Assembly: GCA_044240195.1 (NCBI GenBank)
Contig: JBIHZX010000001.1
Coordinates: 71,576 to 135,575 of the forward strand
Direction of reading: 5' to 3'
DNA length: 64,000 nt
Source of the DNA: Candidatus Nanopelagicales bacterium
GTDB taxonomy: Bacteria; Actinomycetota; Actinomycetes; S36-B12
In this document: in pieces, positions 28,824 through 41,111 of the stretch
Layout of the letters: each line of letters opens with the position of its first letter
Numbering within the stretch: position 1 is the stretch's first letter
Translations under genes and position numbers: made by a program
The notes under the pieces: model-generated
The model's input: the letters and a program-made list of their open reading frames with translations, nothing else
What the model was told of the DNA's origin: nothing
The model's database searches: none

Positions 28824-29729
28824 CTAAGGAAGAAAAGGCGTAATGCCGATCAATAGGAAAAGCAGAGCCAAGTAAGTAATTGACCCGTGAAAAACTTTCA
28901 TTGCAGGTTTCTGCAATTCGTCGTAATCAGCATTTTCCCGATGTGATCGCTTAACGAGTCCAAGTGAAATCACGACAAACCAGATCCCTAAAACCACCGC
29001 ACCAATCCCGTAAACCCAACCCATTGGGGCAACGGGAATGAGAATGATGGAGGCTATGACCATCACCACTGCATAAATAACGACGTTCCGCGTCACAGTT
29101 CGCGCGGGTGCAACTACCGGAAGCATTGGCACACCAACAGATGCGTAGTCATCTCTGTATTTGATGGCAAGTGGCCAATAATGCGCGGGGGTCCAAAAAA
29201 AGACAATCAAGAACAGGACTACGGGAGTCCAATTCAATGAACCGGTAACGGCTGCCCAGGCGATGAGCACCGGCATACAACCAGCGGCTCCGCCCCAAAC
29301 AATGTTTTGTGGGGTTGAGCGCTTAAGCAGAATTGTGTAGCCCAGTGCGTACATAACAATGGCAAGAAAGCCCAGAAATGCAGCTAACCAGTTAGTGAGC
29401 AATCCCAGCGTTATGACGCTGATAACTCCCAAAATTGTTGCTTGGATGAGTCCAGCCCGAACACTAATGACCCCGGAAGCCAACGGGCGACTTCCCGTTC
29501 GATGCATCACGGCATCAATGTCCCGGTCGTAAACACTGTTGTAGGTATTAGCACTCGCTGCAGCAGCCGAACCCCCAATGACAACGGCAATCGTTACGAT
29601 CACTGTGGGAAGACCATTTGATGCCAGAAAAAGTGTCGGGACGGCGGTGGCCAGTAGCAGCTCCACAATTCGTGGCTTGGTCACCCAAAAATAGGGTGCG
29701 AGGCGTTCGCGCACTCCTATTTCGCTCAC
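28824..29729 (-). CDS. ctaB: Protoheme IX farnesyltransferase (heme O synthase)
   Basis: 301 aa UbiA-family protein. YNSVYDRDIDAVMHRTGSRPL motif. GTG start. Confidence 0.9.
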   Translation of the reverse strand: MSEIGVRERLAPYFWVTKPRIVELLLATAVPTLFLASNGLPTVIVTIAVVIGGSAAAASANTYNSVYDRDIDAVMHRTGSRPLASGVISVRAGLIQATILGVISVITLGLLTNWLAAFLGFLAIVMYALGYTILLKRSTPQNIVWGGAAGCMPVLIAWAAVTGSLNWTPVVLFLIVFFWTPAHYWPLAIKYRDDYASVGVPMLPVVAPARTVTRNVVIYAVVMVIASIILIPVAPMGWVYGIGAVVLGIWFVVISLGLVKRSHRENADYDELQKPAMKVFHGSITYLALLFLLIGITPFLP

Positions 29730-29735
29730 ACACCT

Positions 29736-29741
29736 AATCTA
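29736..29741 (-). promoter_or_regulatory. -10 element (TAGATT) of a leaderless ctaB promoter
   Basis: Minus strand TAGATT, then 6 nt (aggtgt), then GTG 29729. Confidence 0.45.
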
Positions 29742-29830
29742 GCCAATCACGACCCCGCCGGCGCTTTGTGGGCGCTTCTGCGAGGTCAACACAACCTCAA
29801 TCGGTCTCAAGGCACAACCACATTTACCAA

Positions 29831-29836
29831 TAGACT
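29831..29836 (+). promoter_or_regulatory. -10 element (TAGACT) of a leaderless tkt promoter
   Basis: TAGACT, then 6 nt (catggc), then ATG 29843. Confidence 0.45.
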
Positions 29837-29842
29837 CATGGC

Positions 29843-31906
29843 ATGAATCTGGTGCCCATCAACCCGACGACCCTTGACCCAAATTTTGATTGGACCGTCG
29901 ACGACCAAAAATCTGTCGATTATTTGCGGGCGCTAGCTGCCGACGCTGTCCAGAAAGTCGGAAATGGTCACCCGGGGACAGCAATGAGCCTTGCTCCCGC
30001 GGCTTATCTCCTGTTCAACAGGATCATGACCCACGACCCAAGTGACCCTTCATGGCTGGGACGGGATCGTTTTGTCCTCTCTGCCGGCCACTCAAGCTTG
30101 ACGTTGTACTCACAACTGTTTCTTTGTGGATACGGATTGACCATGGAGGATGTGAAATCCTTTCGCACTAAAGGAAGTCTGACTCCTGGTCACCCCGAGT
30201 TCGGTCACACCGTTGGAGTCGAGACAACGACGGGTCCACTCGGTCAGGGAATTGCTACCGCGGTTGGGATGGCGATGTCTGAACGCTTTGAGGCGGGCCT
30301 CTTCGCCGGGGCGCCATTCGCGCATCGTGTCTGGGTCATTGCATCGGATGGTGACTTGCAGGAGGGCATATCCGGAGAGGCCTGCTCCCTTGCAGGCACT
30401 CAACAATTGGGTCACCTCAATGTGATCTGGGATGACAACCGAATCTCCATTGAAGGCAATACAGAGGTTGCTTTCACTGAAGATGTGTCCGCGCGCTACC
30501 GAGCTTATGGCTGGGACGTCCACGAGGTTGAGATGCTGGAAAACGGTGACGTTGATATTCCAGCGCTCCATGCAGCAATGGTTGCGGCCGCCAATAACAC
30601 AGAACGGCCCAGCTTTATTCGGATGCGCACCACAATTGCTTGGCCAGCACCAAACGCTCGTGGCACGGCAAAATCACATGGATCGGCATTGGGTGCAGAG
30701 GAGGTTGCGGCAATCAAAGTGGAACTCGGACTTAACCCAGAGGAAAGTTTTGCATTCGACGCAGACCTTTTGGCACGCATCCGACTGTCCCTAAATCAGC
30801 GTGTCGCGGCTTCGCGAAAGATCTGGGATTCGAATTATTCAATGTGGCGTGATGACCAGCCAGAGGAGGCCGCACTCCTTGACCGACTTCTTGCCAAAGA
30901 ATTGCCCGCGAATTTCAACTCAGGTTTACCCACTTATGGAGCCGACGGGTCCACCTCTACTCGTAAAGCTTCCGGACAGGTGCTAAACGCGCTCGCGACG
31001 AAGTTACCTGAGCTCTGGGGCGGCTCGGCTGACTTGGCGGAGTCAAACAACACCTGGATCGATGGCTCGCCGAGTTTCCTTCCCTATTTCAGCGATAACA
31101 CCTCACCGTATGGGCGCAATATTCATTTTGGGATTCGCGAACATGCGATGGGGGCCGCCCTCAACGGAATTGCGCTTGGAGGGTTGACGCGCCCATTTGG
31201 TGGAACTTTTCTCGTATTCAGTGACTACATGCGTGGAGCAGTACGACTGGCCGCTTTGATGCAAACCGACGTTACCTTTGTCTGGACACATGACTCAATA
31301 GGTCTGGGCGAAGACGGTCCAACGCACCAGCCGGTAGAGCACTTATGGTCATTACGGGCGATTCCCGGGCTCAGCGTTGTGCGCCCAGCAGATGCTAATG
31401 AAACAGCGGCAGCCTGGGTTGAAAATATGACACGTCGCGCACCAGTTGGTCTGATTCTCTCCCGGCAAGACTTACCGCACTTGAGCAACGACGCCGCGCA
31501 AGTAACCTCGGGGGTCGCCAAGGGTGGCTATGTTCTTGAAAGTGATGCGAATCCAACAGTTGTCATCATTGCAACCGGTTCCGAAGTTAGTGTTGCACTC
31601 GCCGCGAAGGAACTCTTGAATTCCGAGGGTTATGCAGTCCAACTGGTCTCAATGCCCTGCATCGAGTGGTTTGATCAACAGTCGCAGGCCTACCGCGATG
31701 AAGTCTTGCCACCGAGCATCACAGCCCGGGTAGCCGTGGAAGCCGGAGCCACTTTTGGTTGGTATCGATTCGTGGGGACACGCGGTGAAGTTGTGGGTCT
31801 GGATCACTTTGGTGCAAGTGCGAGTGCGACTGTCCTGTTTGAAGAATTTGGTATCACACCTGCAGCGGTTGTATCGGCTGCACTGAAGTCCCTGCACAAT
31901 TCATAA
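29843..31906 (+). CDS. tkt: Transketolase
   Basis: 687 aa. GHPGTAMSLAP, the TPP-binding GDGDLQEG-type motif (SDGDLQEGIS) and THDSIGLGEDGPTHQP. Confidence 0.95.
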   Translation: MNLVPINPTTLDPNFDWTVDDQKSVDYLRALAADAVQKVGNGHPGTAMSLAPAAYLLFNRIMTHDPSDPSWLGRDRFVLSAGHSSLTLYSQLFLCGYGLTMEDVKSFRTKGSLTPGHPEFGHTVGVETTTGPLGQGIATAVGMAMSERFEAGLFAGAPFAHRVWVIASDGDLQEGISGEACSLAGTQQLGHLNVIWDDNRISIEGNTEVAFTEDVSARYRAYGWDVHEVEMLENGDVDIPALHAAMVAAANNTERPSFIRMRTTIAWPAPNARGTAKSHGSALGAEEVAAIKVELGLNPEESFAFDADLLARIRLSLNQRVAASRKIWDSNYSMWRDDQPEEAALLDRLLAKELPANFNSGLPTYGADGSTSTRKASGQVLNALATKLPELWGGSADLAESNNTWIDGSPSFLPYFSDNTSPYGRNIHFGIREHAMGAALNGIALGGLTRPFGGTFLVFSDYMRGAVRLAALMQTDVTFVWTHDSIGLGEDGPTHQPVEHLWSLRAIPGLSVVRPADANETAAAWVENMTRRAPVGLILSRQDLPHLSNDAAQVTSGVAKGGYVLESDANPTVVIIATGSEVSVALAAKELLNSEGYAVQLVSMPCIEWFDQQSQAYRDEVLPPSITARVAVEAGATFGWYRFVGTRGEVVGLDHFGASASATVLFEEFGITPAAVVSAALKSLHNS

Positions 31907-31928
31907 TTACCGCAAACCGGGAGTCACG

Positions 31929-33029
31929 ATGAATGCAATTCTTGAAGACCTGACACGAGCAGGTGTCAGTATCTGGCTCGATGACCTCACCCGGAATCGG
32001 ATCACGAGTGGAAACCTCAAGGAACTCATTGACACTATGAGTGTTCGTGGAGTGACAACAAATCCTTCCATCTTTGAAGGAGCCATCGCCGGTAATGCCG
32101 ACGCTTATGCAACACAAATTGCGACGCTTGTGAGAAGTGGAATAAACGCTGAGCAAGCGGTGCGTCTAATGACCTCCGACGATGTGAGAAGCGCCTGTGA
32201 TATTTTCGAAGATCTTTACAAAGAGTCTGACGGCACCGATGGCCGTGTTTCAATTGAAGTTGATCCGCGGCTCGCGCGCAATACACAGGCGACGATTGCT
32301 GAGGCTCAGGAGCTTTGGGACCTAGTAAATCGCGAAAATCTATTGATTAAAATCCCCGCAACGGCTGAAGGTTTGCCCGCGATCACCGAGGTGATCGGGC
32401 GCGGGATCAGTGTCAATGTCACGCTCATATTCTCGGTCGACCGCTACATCCAGGTTATGGATGCATACATGTCGGGACTCGAATTGGCAATCGAGCGTGG
32501 TCACAACATTTCAGGTATCGAGTCAGTTGCATCGTTTTTCGTGAGCCGCGTTGACTCAGTCGTTGACTCGTTGCTCAAGGCTAACGGCAGTGACGAGGCA
32601 ATTGCACTGCTCGGGAAAGCTGCCATAACAAATGCACGACTCGCTTGGCAGTCTTACATCGATGTTCTTGCCGGCGATCGGTGGAAGGCGCTGCAGGGAG
32701 CAAATCCCCAGAGACCGCTGTGGGCGTCAACCGGTGTGAAAGATCCTGCGTATCCGGATACTCGCTATGTCATCGATCTGGTGGCACCGGGTTGTGTCAA
32801 TACGATGCCGGAGAAAACACTTTTCGCAGTCGCCGACCACGGGGACTTTGTTGGCGATACTGTTTCAGGAACAACTGATGCTTCCGCCTCAATATGGCGT
32901 GAACTTGGCAACCTCGGTATTGACCTGAGCGCAGTATGCGCGGATCTTGAAGCCGACGGAGTCGCGAAATTTGAACAAGCGTGGACAGGTCTCCTTGACA
33001 CGGTCGCCAAGGCACTCGATCGTGCCTAA
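31929..33029 (+). CDS. tal: Transaldolase (long actinobacterial type)
   Basis: 366 aa. GVTTNPSIF and LIKIPAT active-site motifs. Confidence 0.95.
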   Translation: MNAILEDLTRAGVSIWLDDLTRNRITSGNLKELIDTMSVRGVTTNPSIFEGAIAGNADAYATQIATLVRSGINAEQAVRLMTSDDVRSACDIFEDLYKESDGTDGRVSIEVDPRLARNTQATIAEAQELWDLVNRENLLIKIPATAEGLPAITEVIGRGISVNVTLIFSVDRYIQVMDAYMSGLELAIERGHNISGIESVASFFVSRVDSVVDSLLKANGSDEAIALLGKAAITNARLAWQSYIDVLAGDRWKALQGANPQRPLWASTGVKDPAYPDTRYVIDLVAPGCVNTMPEKTLFAVADHGDFVGDTVSGTTDASASIWRELGNLGIDLSAVCADLEADGVAKFEQAWTGLLDTVAKALDRA

Positions 33030-34560
33030 AATCGATTACATCAATCCTCTCAGAGATCCAGAGGATCAGCGGCTCCCCCGCATTGCTGGACCGTGCGCCC
33101 TCGTCCTATTTGGAGTTACCGGAGATTTGAGTTGTAAAAAGGTAATGCCGGCAATTTATGATCTCGCCAATCGTGGGCTACTTCCACCGGGCTTTGCCCT
33201 GGTTGGTTTCGCTCGAAGGGCATGGGATCACCAAGACTTTGCACAAGTTGTGCATGACGCCGTCAAAGAGCACTCACGTACCCCTTTTAGGGAAGAGACA
33301 TGGAATCAATTGGCGGCCGGTATCAGATTTATTGACGGAGACCTTACCGACCCTGCTGCTTATCAACGGATCGCAGAGGTCCTCACGGATTTAGATGCCG
33401 TGATGGGTACGCGAGGAAATCACGCCTTTTATCTTTCAATACCGCCAGGCCTATTTCCGGCAGTACTGGAGAACTTGGATAGTAGCGGGCTCGCAGATAG
33501 TTCCACACCAACTTCGTGGCGTCGAGTAGTCATCGAAAAACCATTTGGCCACGATCTTCAAAGCGCACAGGAACTCAATAAACTGGTCGACACGGTATTC
33601 CCATCAGGAAGTGTTTTCCGTATTGACCACTATCTCGGTAAAGAGACCGTCCAAAATATTTTGGCCGTGCGTTTTGCTAATGCAATGTTTGAACCCCTGT
33701 GGAATTGCAACTATGTTGACAATGTTCAAATCACAATGGCTGAAGACATTGGTATTGGTGGGCGCGCCGGCTACTACGACGGCATTGGGGCAGCCCGTGA
33801 TGTTATTCAGAACCATCTTCTTCAACTACTGGCACTCACTGCCATGGAAGAACCACTTTCATTTAGTGCCGATGATGTCCGAGCCGAGAAAGAAAAAGTG
33901 TTGCGTGCGGTTAGAGTTCCCGAAGACATCGGGGCACACACTTCACGTGGCCAGTATCACGCTGGATGGCAAGGAGGAATTCCCGTTATTGGCTTTTTGC
34001 AAGAACCTGGTATTCCCGCGGACTCAACGACAGACACTTTCGCCGCCATGAGGCTTAATATTGAAAACCGCCGATGGGCAGGTATTCCCTTCTATTTGCG
34101 CACCGGTAAGCGACTTGGGCGAAGGGTCACTGAAGTCGCCATAGTTTTCAAACGGGCTCCACATTTACCCTTTAGCTCAGCCTCTGTAGAAGAACTCAGC
34201 AACAATGCACTGGTTTTCCGAATCCAGCCTGACGAAGGCGTTACGGTTCGATTCGGTTCGAAAGTACCCGACACGAACTCAATCCAAGTTCGTGATGTCA
34301 CGATGGACTTTCAATATGGTGACTCATTCGTCGATACCAGCCCAGAGGCCTACGAGCGACTTATCCTCGACGTACTCCTGGGCGATCCTCCTTTATTCCC
34401 TCGCCACGAAGAAGTTGAACTCAGTTGGGAAATACTTGATCCAATTCTGCATTATTGGGAATCTCAAGGGGCTCCCGAGCAATATGCCTCCGGTGGCTGG
34501 GGGCCTGCTTCATCACATGAAATGATTGCGCGTGACGGACGTACATGGAGGCGGCCATGA
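33022..34560 (+). CDS. zwf: Glucose-6-phosphate dehydrogenase
   Basis: FGVTGDL NADP motif and RIDHYLGKE active site. GTG 33022 overlaps the tal stop by 8 nt. The ORF-track start 32947 lies deep inside tal. Confidence 0.9.
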   Translation: MPKIDYINPLRDPEDQRLPRIAGPCALVLFGVTGDLSCKKVMPAIYDLANRGLLPPGFALVGFARRAWDHQDFAQVVHDAVKEHSRTPFREETWNQLAAGIRFIDGDLTDPAAYQRIAEVLTDLDAVMGTRGNHAFYLSIPPGLFPAVLENLDSSGLADSSTPTSWRRVVIEKPFGHDLQSAQELNKLVDTVFPSGSVFRIDHYLGKETVQNILAVRFANAMFEPLWNCNYVDNVQITMAEDIGIGGRAGYYDGIGAARDVIQNHLLQLLALTAMEEPLSFSADDVRAEKEKVLRAVRVPEDIGAHTSRGQYHAGWQGGIPVIGFLQEPGIPADSTTDTFAAMRLNIENRRWAGIPFYLRTGKRLGRRVTEVAIVFKRAPHLPFSSASVEELSNNALVFRIQPDEGVTVRFGSKVPDTNSIQVRDVTMDFQYGDSFVDTSPEAYERLILDVLLGDPPLFPRHEEVELSWEILDPILHYWESQGAPEQYASGGWGPASSHEMIARDGRTWRRP

Positions 34561-35462
34561 TCCGACTTGATAACACGAGCGGTGGGGCAATTGCCGCGGC
34601 AATATCCGCAGAGCGACACCGGCAAGGTTCTCCGACTACAGGCATGGTGCTAACGATGCTAATCCTCACCGATGAGGAATTTCAATCTGATGCAACATCG
34701 GGTGCTGTCTTCGCCGCTCGTCAACACCCGATGCGGATTGTCACCGTAATCCCAAAGCCAGGCAAGGGCTCCCATTCACTCGATGCTGAAATTGCAGTTG
34801 GCGGTGATGATGGACCCGGCGAAGTGGCCGTGTTACGACTGCGAGGGGAACTCTCCGATCACGCCGACTCTGTCGTTATCCCTCTACTGCTCTCCGATAC
34901 ACCCGTCGTTGCTTTTTGGCCCTCACATGCTCCCGCAGTGCCAGCGGAGGACACTATTGGGCGCCACGCCCAGCGCAGGATTACCGACTCTGCGAACAGT
35001 GAAGATCCTCTCGAGGAATTGCGACAACGTGGCCATGGTTACCGGCCCGGTGACACTGACCTGTCATGGTCTCGGCTAACACCCTGGCGATCGGTCTTGG
35101 CAACCGTCTTTGACCAACCTACGGCTAGAGTCACTGGCTGTTCAATTTCCGCAGAATCCAATAATCCCAGCGCCTCTCTTCTTGCAACGTGGTTAGAAAA
35201 GACCCTGAATACCACCGTCGAGATCACATCAACGGATTCGCCTGGGATTCAATCGGTAATTATCACAACGGAATCGGGAGAGATCGCGATCACCCGAGCC
35301 GACGGAAGAACTGCGACCCTGTCTCAAACCGGTGCTCCCGATGCCCTCATTTCTCTTCCGCGTCGCGATTTGACCACACTGCTCAATGAAGATTTGCGTC
35401 GGCTTGATCCCGACGACGTCTATGGCTGGGTAATTCGGGCCTATGCCGGGAAGAGCTCGTGA
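34557..35462 (+). CDS. opcA: Glucose-6-phosphate dehydrogenase assembly protein OpcA
   Basis: About 301 aa in the conserved position after zwf. ATGA overlap with the zwf stop (alternative ATG at 34545). Confidence 0.85.
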   Translation: MIRLDNTSGGAIAAAISAERHRQGSPTTGMVLTMLILTDEEFQSDATSGAVFAARQHPMRIVTVIPKPGKGSHSLDAEIAVGGDDGPGEVAVLRLRGELSDHADSVVIPLLLSDTPVVAFWPSHAPAVPAEDTIGRHAQRRITDSANSEDPLEELRQRGHGYRPGDTDLSWSRLTPWRSVLATVFDQPTARVTGCSISAESNNPSASLLATWLEKTLNTTVEITSTDSPGIQSVIITTESGEIAITRADGRTATLSQTGAPDALISLPRRDLTTLLNEDLRRLDPDDVYGWVIRAYAGKSS

Positions 35463-36169
35463 TACCTCAGGTTCAGGTGTCCAAGAACGTCGTTGCTGAG
35501 GTCCTTGAAATACTCACTGGCCTTCTGATGAACGCGGACCCGGAGAAATTGCACCACGTTGTTCTCACCGGCGGTGGTGCGGGATTGTCAATCACCAGTC
35601 AACTAGTGAACGTCGCTAAGAAGATTCCAGAACAAACGTGGGCCAACACACATTTCTGGTGGGGCGATGAAAGATTCGTTGAATCAAGTTCTATTGATCG
35701 TAATGATTTCGCCATTGAGTCCAGCCTGGGTGAATATTACATTGAGACGAATATTCATCGGGTTCCTGCCGCCGACAAAGTTCGGAGCGCAGTCGAGTCG
35801 GCGAACCAATATACACGTGAACTCGTTGATTTTGGATCTGATGGTTCTCCACCACGATTTTTACTAGTGATTCTCGGTGTCGGACCTGATGGGCACATTG
35901 CATCACTGTTTCCTGGTAGACCTGAATTGGATTCACGGCTAGTCGCAATGCCAATTTTCGATTCTCCCAAGCCACCACCGGTACGAGTCACAATGGGTTT
36001 CCCCACCTTGAATAATTCGCAACTCACGCTGCTTCTGCTAGGTGGAGAAGTAAAGAGAGGGGCCCTCACAGCAATTTTGGATCCTGCGGGTTGCGTTGAA
36101 ATCACTCCTGCTCGTGGAATCGAAGCAGCGAAACTTTATGCGATCACAGACCTGTCAGTTTCCGTGTAA
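35459..36169 (+). CDS. pgl: 6-phosphogluconolactonase
   Basis: 236 aa. LTGGG..., WWGDERFV and GxGPDGHIASLFPG motifs. GTG start overlaps the opcA stop. Confidence 0.9.
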   Translation: MIPQVQVSKNVVAEVLEILTGLLMNADPEKLHHVVLTGGGAGLSITSQLVNVAKKIPEQTWANTHFWWGDERFVESSSIDRNDFAIESSLGEYYIETNIHRVPAADKVRSAVESANQYTRELVDFGSDGSPPRFLLVILGVGPDGHIASLFPGRPELDSRLVAMPIFDSPKPPPVRVTMGFPTLNNSQLTLLLLGGEVKRGALTAILDPAGCVEITPARGIEAAKLYAITDLSVSV

Positions 36170-36487
36170 CTTGTCAATTGCCTCTTGCAAGATAGCTGCA
36201 CCGTCTTTGTCAGATCGACGCTCTTTAACATAGGCGAGGTGAGTCTTGTAGGGCTCAATCTTTGGTGGCATCGGTGGATTGTCTTTATCTGTACCCGCAG
36301 GGAGGCCACATCGGGGGCAATCCCACTCTTCAGGAACTTCTGCTTCAATGGCGAAGCTCGGCTTAGATTCATGGCTACGACTGCACCAGAAAGAGACAAA
36401 GAACCGTGGTGCCGCCTCGCCGCGCTCAGCTTCACCCATGGGTCCCGCGCCGACTCGACTACCGCGAATTGCGCTTCCACCAGCCAT
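36155..36487 (-). CDS. RbpA family RNA polymerase-binding protein, second paralog (secG-linked type)
   Basis: 110 aa. IRGSRVGAGPMGE N-terminus, Cys core (C...CPRCG) and a KTHLAYVKERR motif in place of RTHWDMLLERR. SD AAGGAG. Confidence 0.85.
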   Translation of the reverse strand: MAGGSAIRGSRVGAGPMGEAERGEAAPRFFVSFWCSRSHESKPSFAIEAEVPEEWDCPRCGLPAGTDKDNPPMPPKIEPYKTHLAYVKERRSDKDGAAILQEAIDKLHGN

Positions 36488-36549
36488 TAATTACTCCTTT
36501 GAGAACTCATAATTGTGTGAATTAAGTACGTTGTTAAAAAAACTATTGC

Positions 36550-36798
36550 CTATGAACCAGTTCGAACCAGGAGACCGACTGCAACAATTGACGCCGCCCA
36601 AATAAGGCCGAGTCCCACTGTCAAACGATCGAGATTCTTTTCCGCAACCGAAGATCCACCGACTGAAGAACTCACCCCACCGCCGAACAGATCGGAGAGG
36701 CCACCGCCTTTACCGCGATGCAACAGGATCAAAACGATGAGAAGAACGCTCGTGATAATGAGAATCACCGCAAGGGCGATGGTCAGGGCAGTTAACAT
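36550..36798 (-). CDS. secG: Preprotein translocase subunit SecG
   Basis: 82 aa with two TM helices flanking HRGKGGGLSDLFGGG. Confidence 0.9.
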   Translation of the reverse strand: MLTALTIALAVILIITSVLLIVLILLHRGKGGGLSDLFGGGVSSSVGGSSVAEKNLDRLTVGLGLIWAASIVAVGLLVRTGS

Positions 36799-36859
36799 TA
36801 CCGGGTTTGGACCTTTCGATTACGAGGCAAAGACACTTTAGGATATGCCAACGAGGGAC

Positions 36860-37654
36860 TTAAAGGTCAGCCGGGTGCATCCGGTATCGGATAATGCCGA
36901 CAAATTCATCAGAGTCCAAGCTCGCCCCGCCCACAAGGGCTCCATCGACATCTGGTTGAGCCATGATTGCCGCCACGTTTTCGGCCTTTACCGAGCCGCC
37001 ATAGAGGATACGTAGGCTCTGAGCCGCCTCCGGACTCCACTTCTCACCCACATGCTTACGAATGGCACAACATGCCTCTTGGGCGTCAGCTGGCGTGGCA
37101 ACAGAGCCAGTACCAATAGCCCAAACTGGCTCATATGCGATGACTAGGCCCCCAACCGCTTGCGCACTGACGCCTTCCAGCGACTCAGAAACCTGCTCGA
37201 GTACGAAGTTGATCGTGTTTCCCGCCTCGCGGATATCCAAGGATTCTCCGACGCACACAATTGGAATCAGGTCATTACTCAGGGCCGCTTGAGTCTTGGC
37301 GTTGACCATTGCATTGTCTTCACCGTGATGTGTTCGTCGTTCGCTGTGACCGGTCAGGACAAAAGTGCAGCCCAACTTCGCCAGCATCGCACCCGAGACA
37401 TCGCCCGTATGGGCACCCTTTGTGAAGGGTGATAGGTCTTGGGCTCCATATTTGATGTCGTACTTGTCCCCCAAGATTAACGTTTGAACTGACCGCAAGT
37501 CGGTGAACGGTGGAATCACGGCAACTTCAACCGCGGCGAAGTCAGCCTCGTTTAGTGCAAATGCCATCTTCTGGACTAACGCAATAGCCTCAAAGTGATT
37601 TATGTTCATCTTCCAGTTGCCCGCCATTAGCGGCACCCGATCACTCTTTGCCAT
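36860..37654 (-). CDS. tpiA: Triosephosphate isomerase
   Basis: 264 aa. AGNWKMN, GHSERR and [10 protein letters not shown] motifs. Confidence 0.95.
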   Translation of the reverse strand: MAKSDRVPLMAGNWKMNINHFEAIALVQKMAFALNEADFAAVEVAVIPPFTDLRSVQTLILGDKYDIKYGAQDLSPFTKGAHTGDVSGAMLAKLGCTFVLTGHSERRTHHGEDNAMVNAKTQAALSNDLIPIVCVGESLDIREAGNTINFVLEQVSESLEGVSAQAVGGLVIAYEPVWAIGTGSVATPADAQEACCAIRKHVGEKWSPEAAQSLRILYGGSVKAENVAAIMAQPDVDGALVGGASLDSDEFVGIIRYRMHPADL

Positions 37655-37657
37655 CTT

Positions 37658-38844
37658 CTATTTTCCTTCCAATACTGTTAGCCCAGGCAATTTTTTGCCC
37701 TCAAGGAATTCTAGACTTGCGCCACCACCGGTGCTGATATGGTCGAACTTCTCGTAATCGACATCAAGTATGCGAACTGCAGCGGCGGAGTCTCCCCCAC
37801 CGATCACCGTGAATCCATCGCATGCCGCCATTGCCGAAGCGATTGCCACAGTCCCACCAGCGAAAGGTTCCATCTCGAATACGCCCATGGGACCGTTCCA
37901 CACGACGGTTGCGGATCCAGCAATGACCTTGGAATACAACTCACATGTTTTTGGTCCAATGTCGAGACCCATGTGATCTGCCGGAATGGAATCGCGATCC
38001 ACCAGCATGGTGTGCGCATCCTCGGAAAAATGATTGGCGACAATGAAGTCCACGGGCAGCATCAGATTCACACCTAGGTCATGTGCTTGTGCGATAAACC
38101 GCTTCACGTCATTAACGAAATCCGGCTGTGAAATCGATTCACCAATTTCTAATCCCATAGCAAGAAGGAACGTGTAAGCCATGCCTCCGCCAACCAACAA
38201 ATTGTCAACCCTGGGAAGCAGGGACTCAATAACGGCAAGTTTGTCGCCCACCTTGCTTCCGCCAAGAATCACCGTGTAAGGCCGCCCGGCACCCTTGAGT
38301 AACCGCTCAAAGACTTCACATTCGCGAGCTACGAGAAGCCCCGCTGCATTTGGTACGAGTTGAGCAAGATCTGTCACCGAAGCTTGTTCTCGGTGAACAA
38401 CCCCAAAGCCATCGCTGACAAAACCATCAGCCCAAACGGCCCAACTGCCGGCCAACTCACGACGTTGCGCGGGATCCTTGCTCGTTTCCCTTGCATCAAA
38501 TCTTACGTTCTCAAGAAGGGCAACTTCACCGGCTTCCAAGCCCTTAATCAATGACAAATCACCAGCAGTGTCCGGTGAGAAATGAACAGGAAGTCCTAAC
38601 ATCTGAGAGAGTCGCTGTGCTACCGGTGCTAATGAATACTGCGCGACAGGGGCACCCATAGGTCGTCCAAGATGAGCCAAAATCACAACCCGCGCACCCG
38701 CGTCCCGCAAGGCATTTATTGTTGGAAGGGCAGCAGCGATGCGCAGATCATCAGTAATTTCACCTTCAGCATTCAACGGAACATTGAAGTCACACCGCAA
38801 AGCAATCGTAGAGTCCTTGAGAACAAGATCGAGCAGGGTTCGCA

Positions 38845-38845
<1 letters not shown>
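37658..38845 (-). CDS. pgk: Phosphoglycerate kinase
   Basis: 395 aa. RCDFNVP and GGGDSAAAV motifs. Confidence 0.95.
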
Positions 38846-39855
<1,010 letters not shown>

Positions 39856-39918
39856 CTAAACCTAAGCATGATCCTGGATCAACAGACCAATCGTAGTGAT
39901 TGTGCTGAGCCTGAAAAC

Positions 39919-40899
39919 TCATGGATGACCCTCAAGAGCTGCCACAGCCGCTTCCGTGTCCGGGATGCCCATTTCCTGTGCCTTTTTGTCTGCCAGAGCC
40001 AATAGACGTCGGATCCGCCCAGCAATCGCATCTTTGGTCATCGGCGGCTCACTGAGGGCGCCCAACTCTTCAAGGCTGGCTTGTTGATGCTCCATCCGGA
40101 GGCGGCCAGCCATAACCAGGTGGTCGGGTACTTCATCTCCCAAGATCTCCAAGGCTCGCTGAACTCGAGCGCCCGCAGCAACCGCAGCGCGGGCCGACCG
40201 CCGCAAGTTGGCGTCATCAAAATTTGCCAGCCGATTGGCTGTTGCGCGGACTTCACGGCGCATTCGTCGCTCTTCCCAGGCCATCATTGCGTCATGCGCA
40301 CCAAGCCTGGTCAACATTGCTCCGATGGCATCTCCGTCACGTATGACGACCCGGTCTACCCCGCGAACCTCTCGAGATTTCGCCCCGATCCCGAGCCGTC
40401 GGGCTGCTCCAACCAGTGCGAGCGCTGATTCTGGGCCGGGGCAGGTGATTTCAAGTGAGGACGATCGACCGGGTTCGGTGAGGGAGCCGTGGGCAAGGAA
40501 AGCAGCTCGCCATGCCGCTTCGCAATCGCACATTCCACCAGCAACAATTGCCGGGGGAAGGCCTTTCACGGGGCGCCCGCTTGCATCGACTATTCCGGTT
40601 TGACGGGCTAAGGCTTCGCCACCGACAACAACCCGAACTAAATACCGCGTACCTTTTTTTATCCCTGTTCCCTGCACGAGAGCTATTTCACTTTCGTGCC
40701 CATAAATATCAAAAATATCTTTTCGTAGTCGCCTAGCAGCCGAACCGGTATCAAGATCCGCCTCAACAACAATTGCCCGATTAATAATGTGTAGTCCACT
40801 AGCGAACCGCAAAATGGTCGAAACTTCTGCCTTGCGGCAACACATCTTGGTTACTGTAACTCTGCTGAGCTCGTCCTTCACCGCAGCGGTCATTGACAT
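39919..40899 (-). CDS. whiA: Sporulation/cell-division regulator WhiA
   Basis: 326 aa. LAGLIDADG-like N-terminal domains and a C-terminal HTH ([13 protein letters not shown]). Conserved position upstream of gap. Confidence 0.9.
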   Translation of the reverse strand: MSMTAAVKDELSRVTVTKMCCRKAEVSTILRFASGLHIINRAIVVEADLDTGSAARRLRKDIFDIYGHESEIALVQGTGIKKGTRYLVRVVVGGEALARQTGIVDASGRPVKGLPPAIVAGGMCDCEAAWRAAFLAHGSLTEPGRSSSLEITCPGPESALALVGAARRLGIGAKSREVRGVDRVVIRDGDAIGAMLTRLGAHDAMMAWEERRMRREVRATANRLANFDDANLRRSARAAVAAGARVQRALEILGDEVPDHLVMAGRLRMEHQQASLEELGALSEPPMTKDAIAGRIRRLLALADKKAQEMGIPDTEAAVAALEGHP

Positions 40900-41111
40900 T
40901 ACTTGCTCCCTAATTCAATTACTGCTTGGCGCAATGAATGTGCCAATACCTTCGATTCGTGCGGTGCTCCATTTGTTGCAGCCTCAATACTAAACACCCC
41001 AGCCTCGATTTGATGGACGGCCCGCCTGCGTGCCCGCGCGCATTGGTGTTGAACTCTGACAAATTTTCGATCACACGCCTTCGCACGAACGTGCATTTCA
41101 CTCACGTCCAA
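40899..41111 (-). pseudogene. 70-codon ORF bridging rapZ and whiA; possible remnant of the yvcK (cuvA) gene normally found here
   Basis: Its start overlaps the rapZ 3' end by 14 nt, and its TAA shares one base with the whiA ATG (TAATG). The C-terminal part [30 protein letters not shown] resembles, from memory, the YvcK C-terminal ...RHDPxKLAxAL... region. The N-terminal part is Arg/Cys-rich and unprotein-like. Confidence 0.3.
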
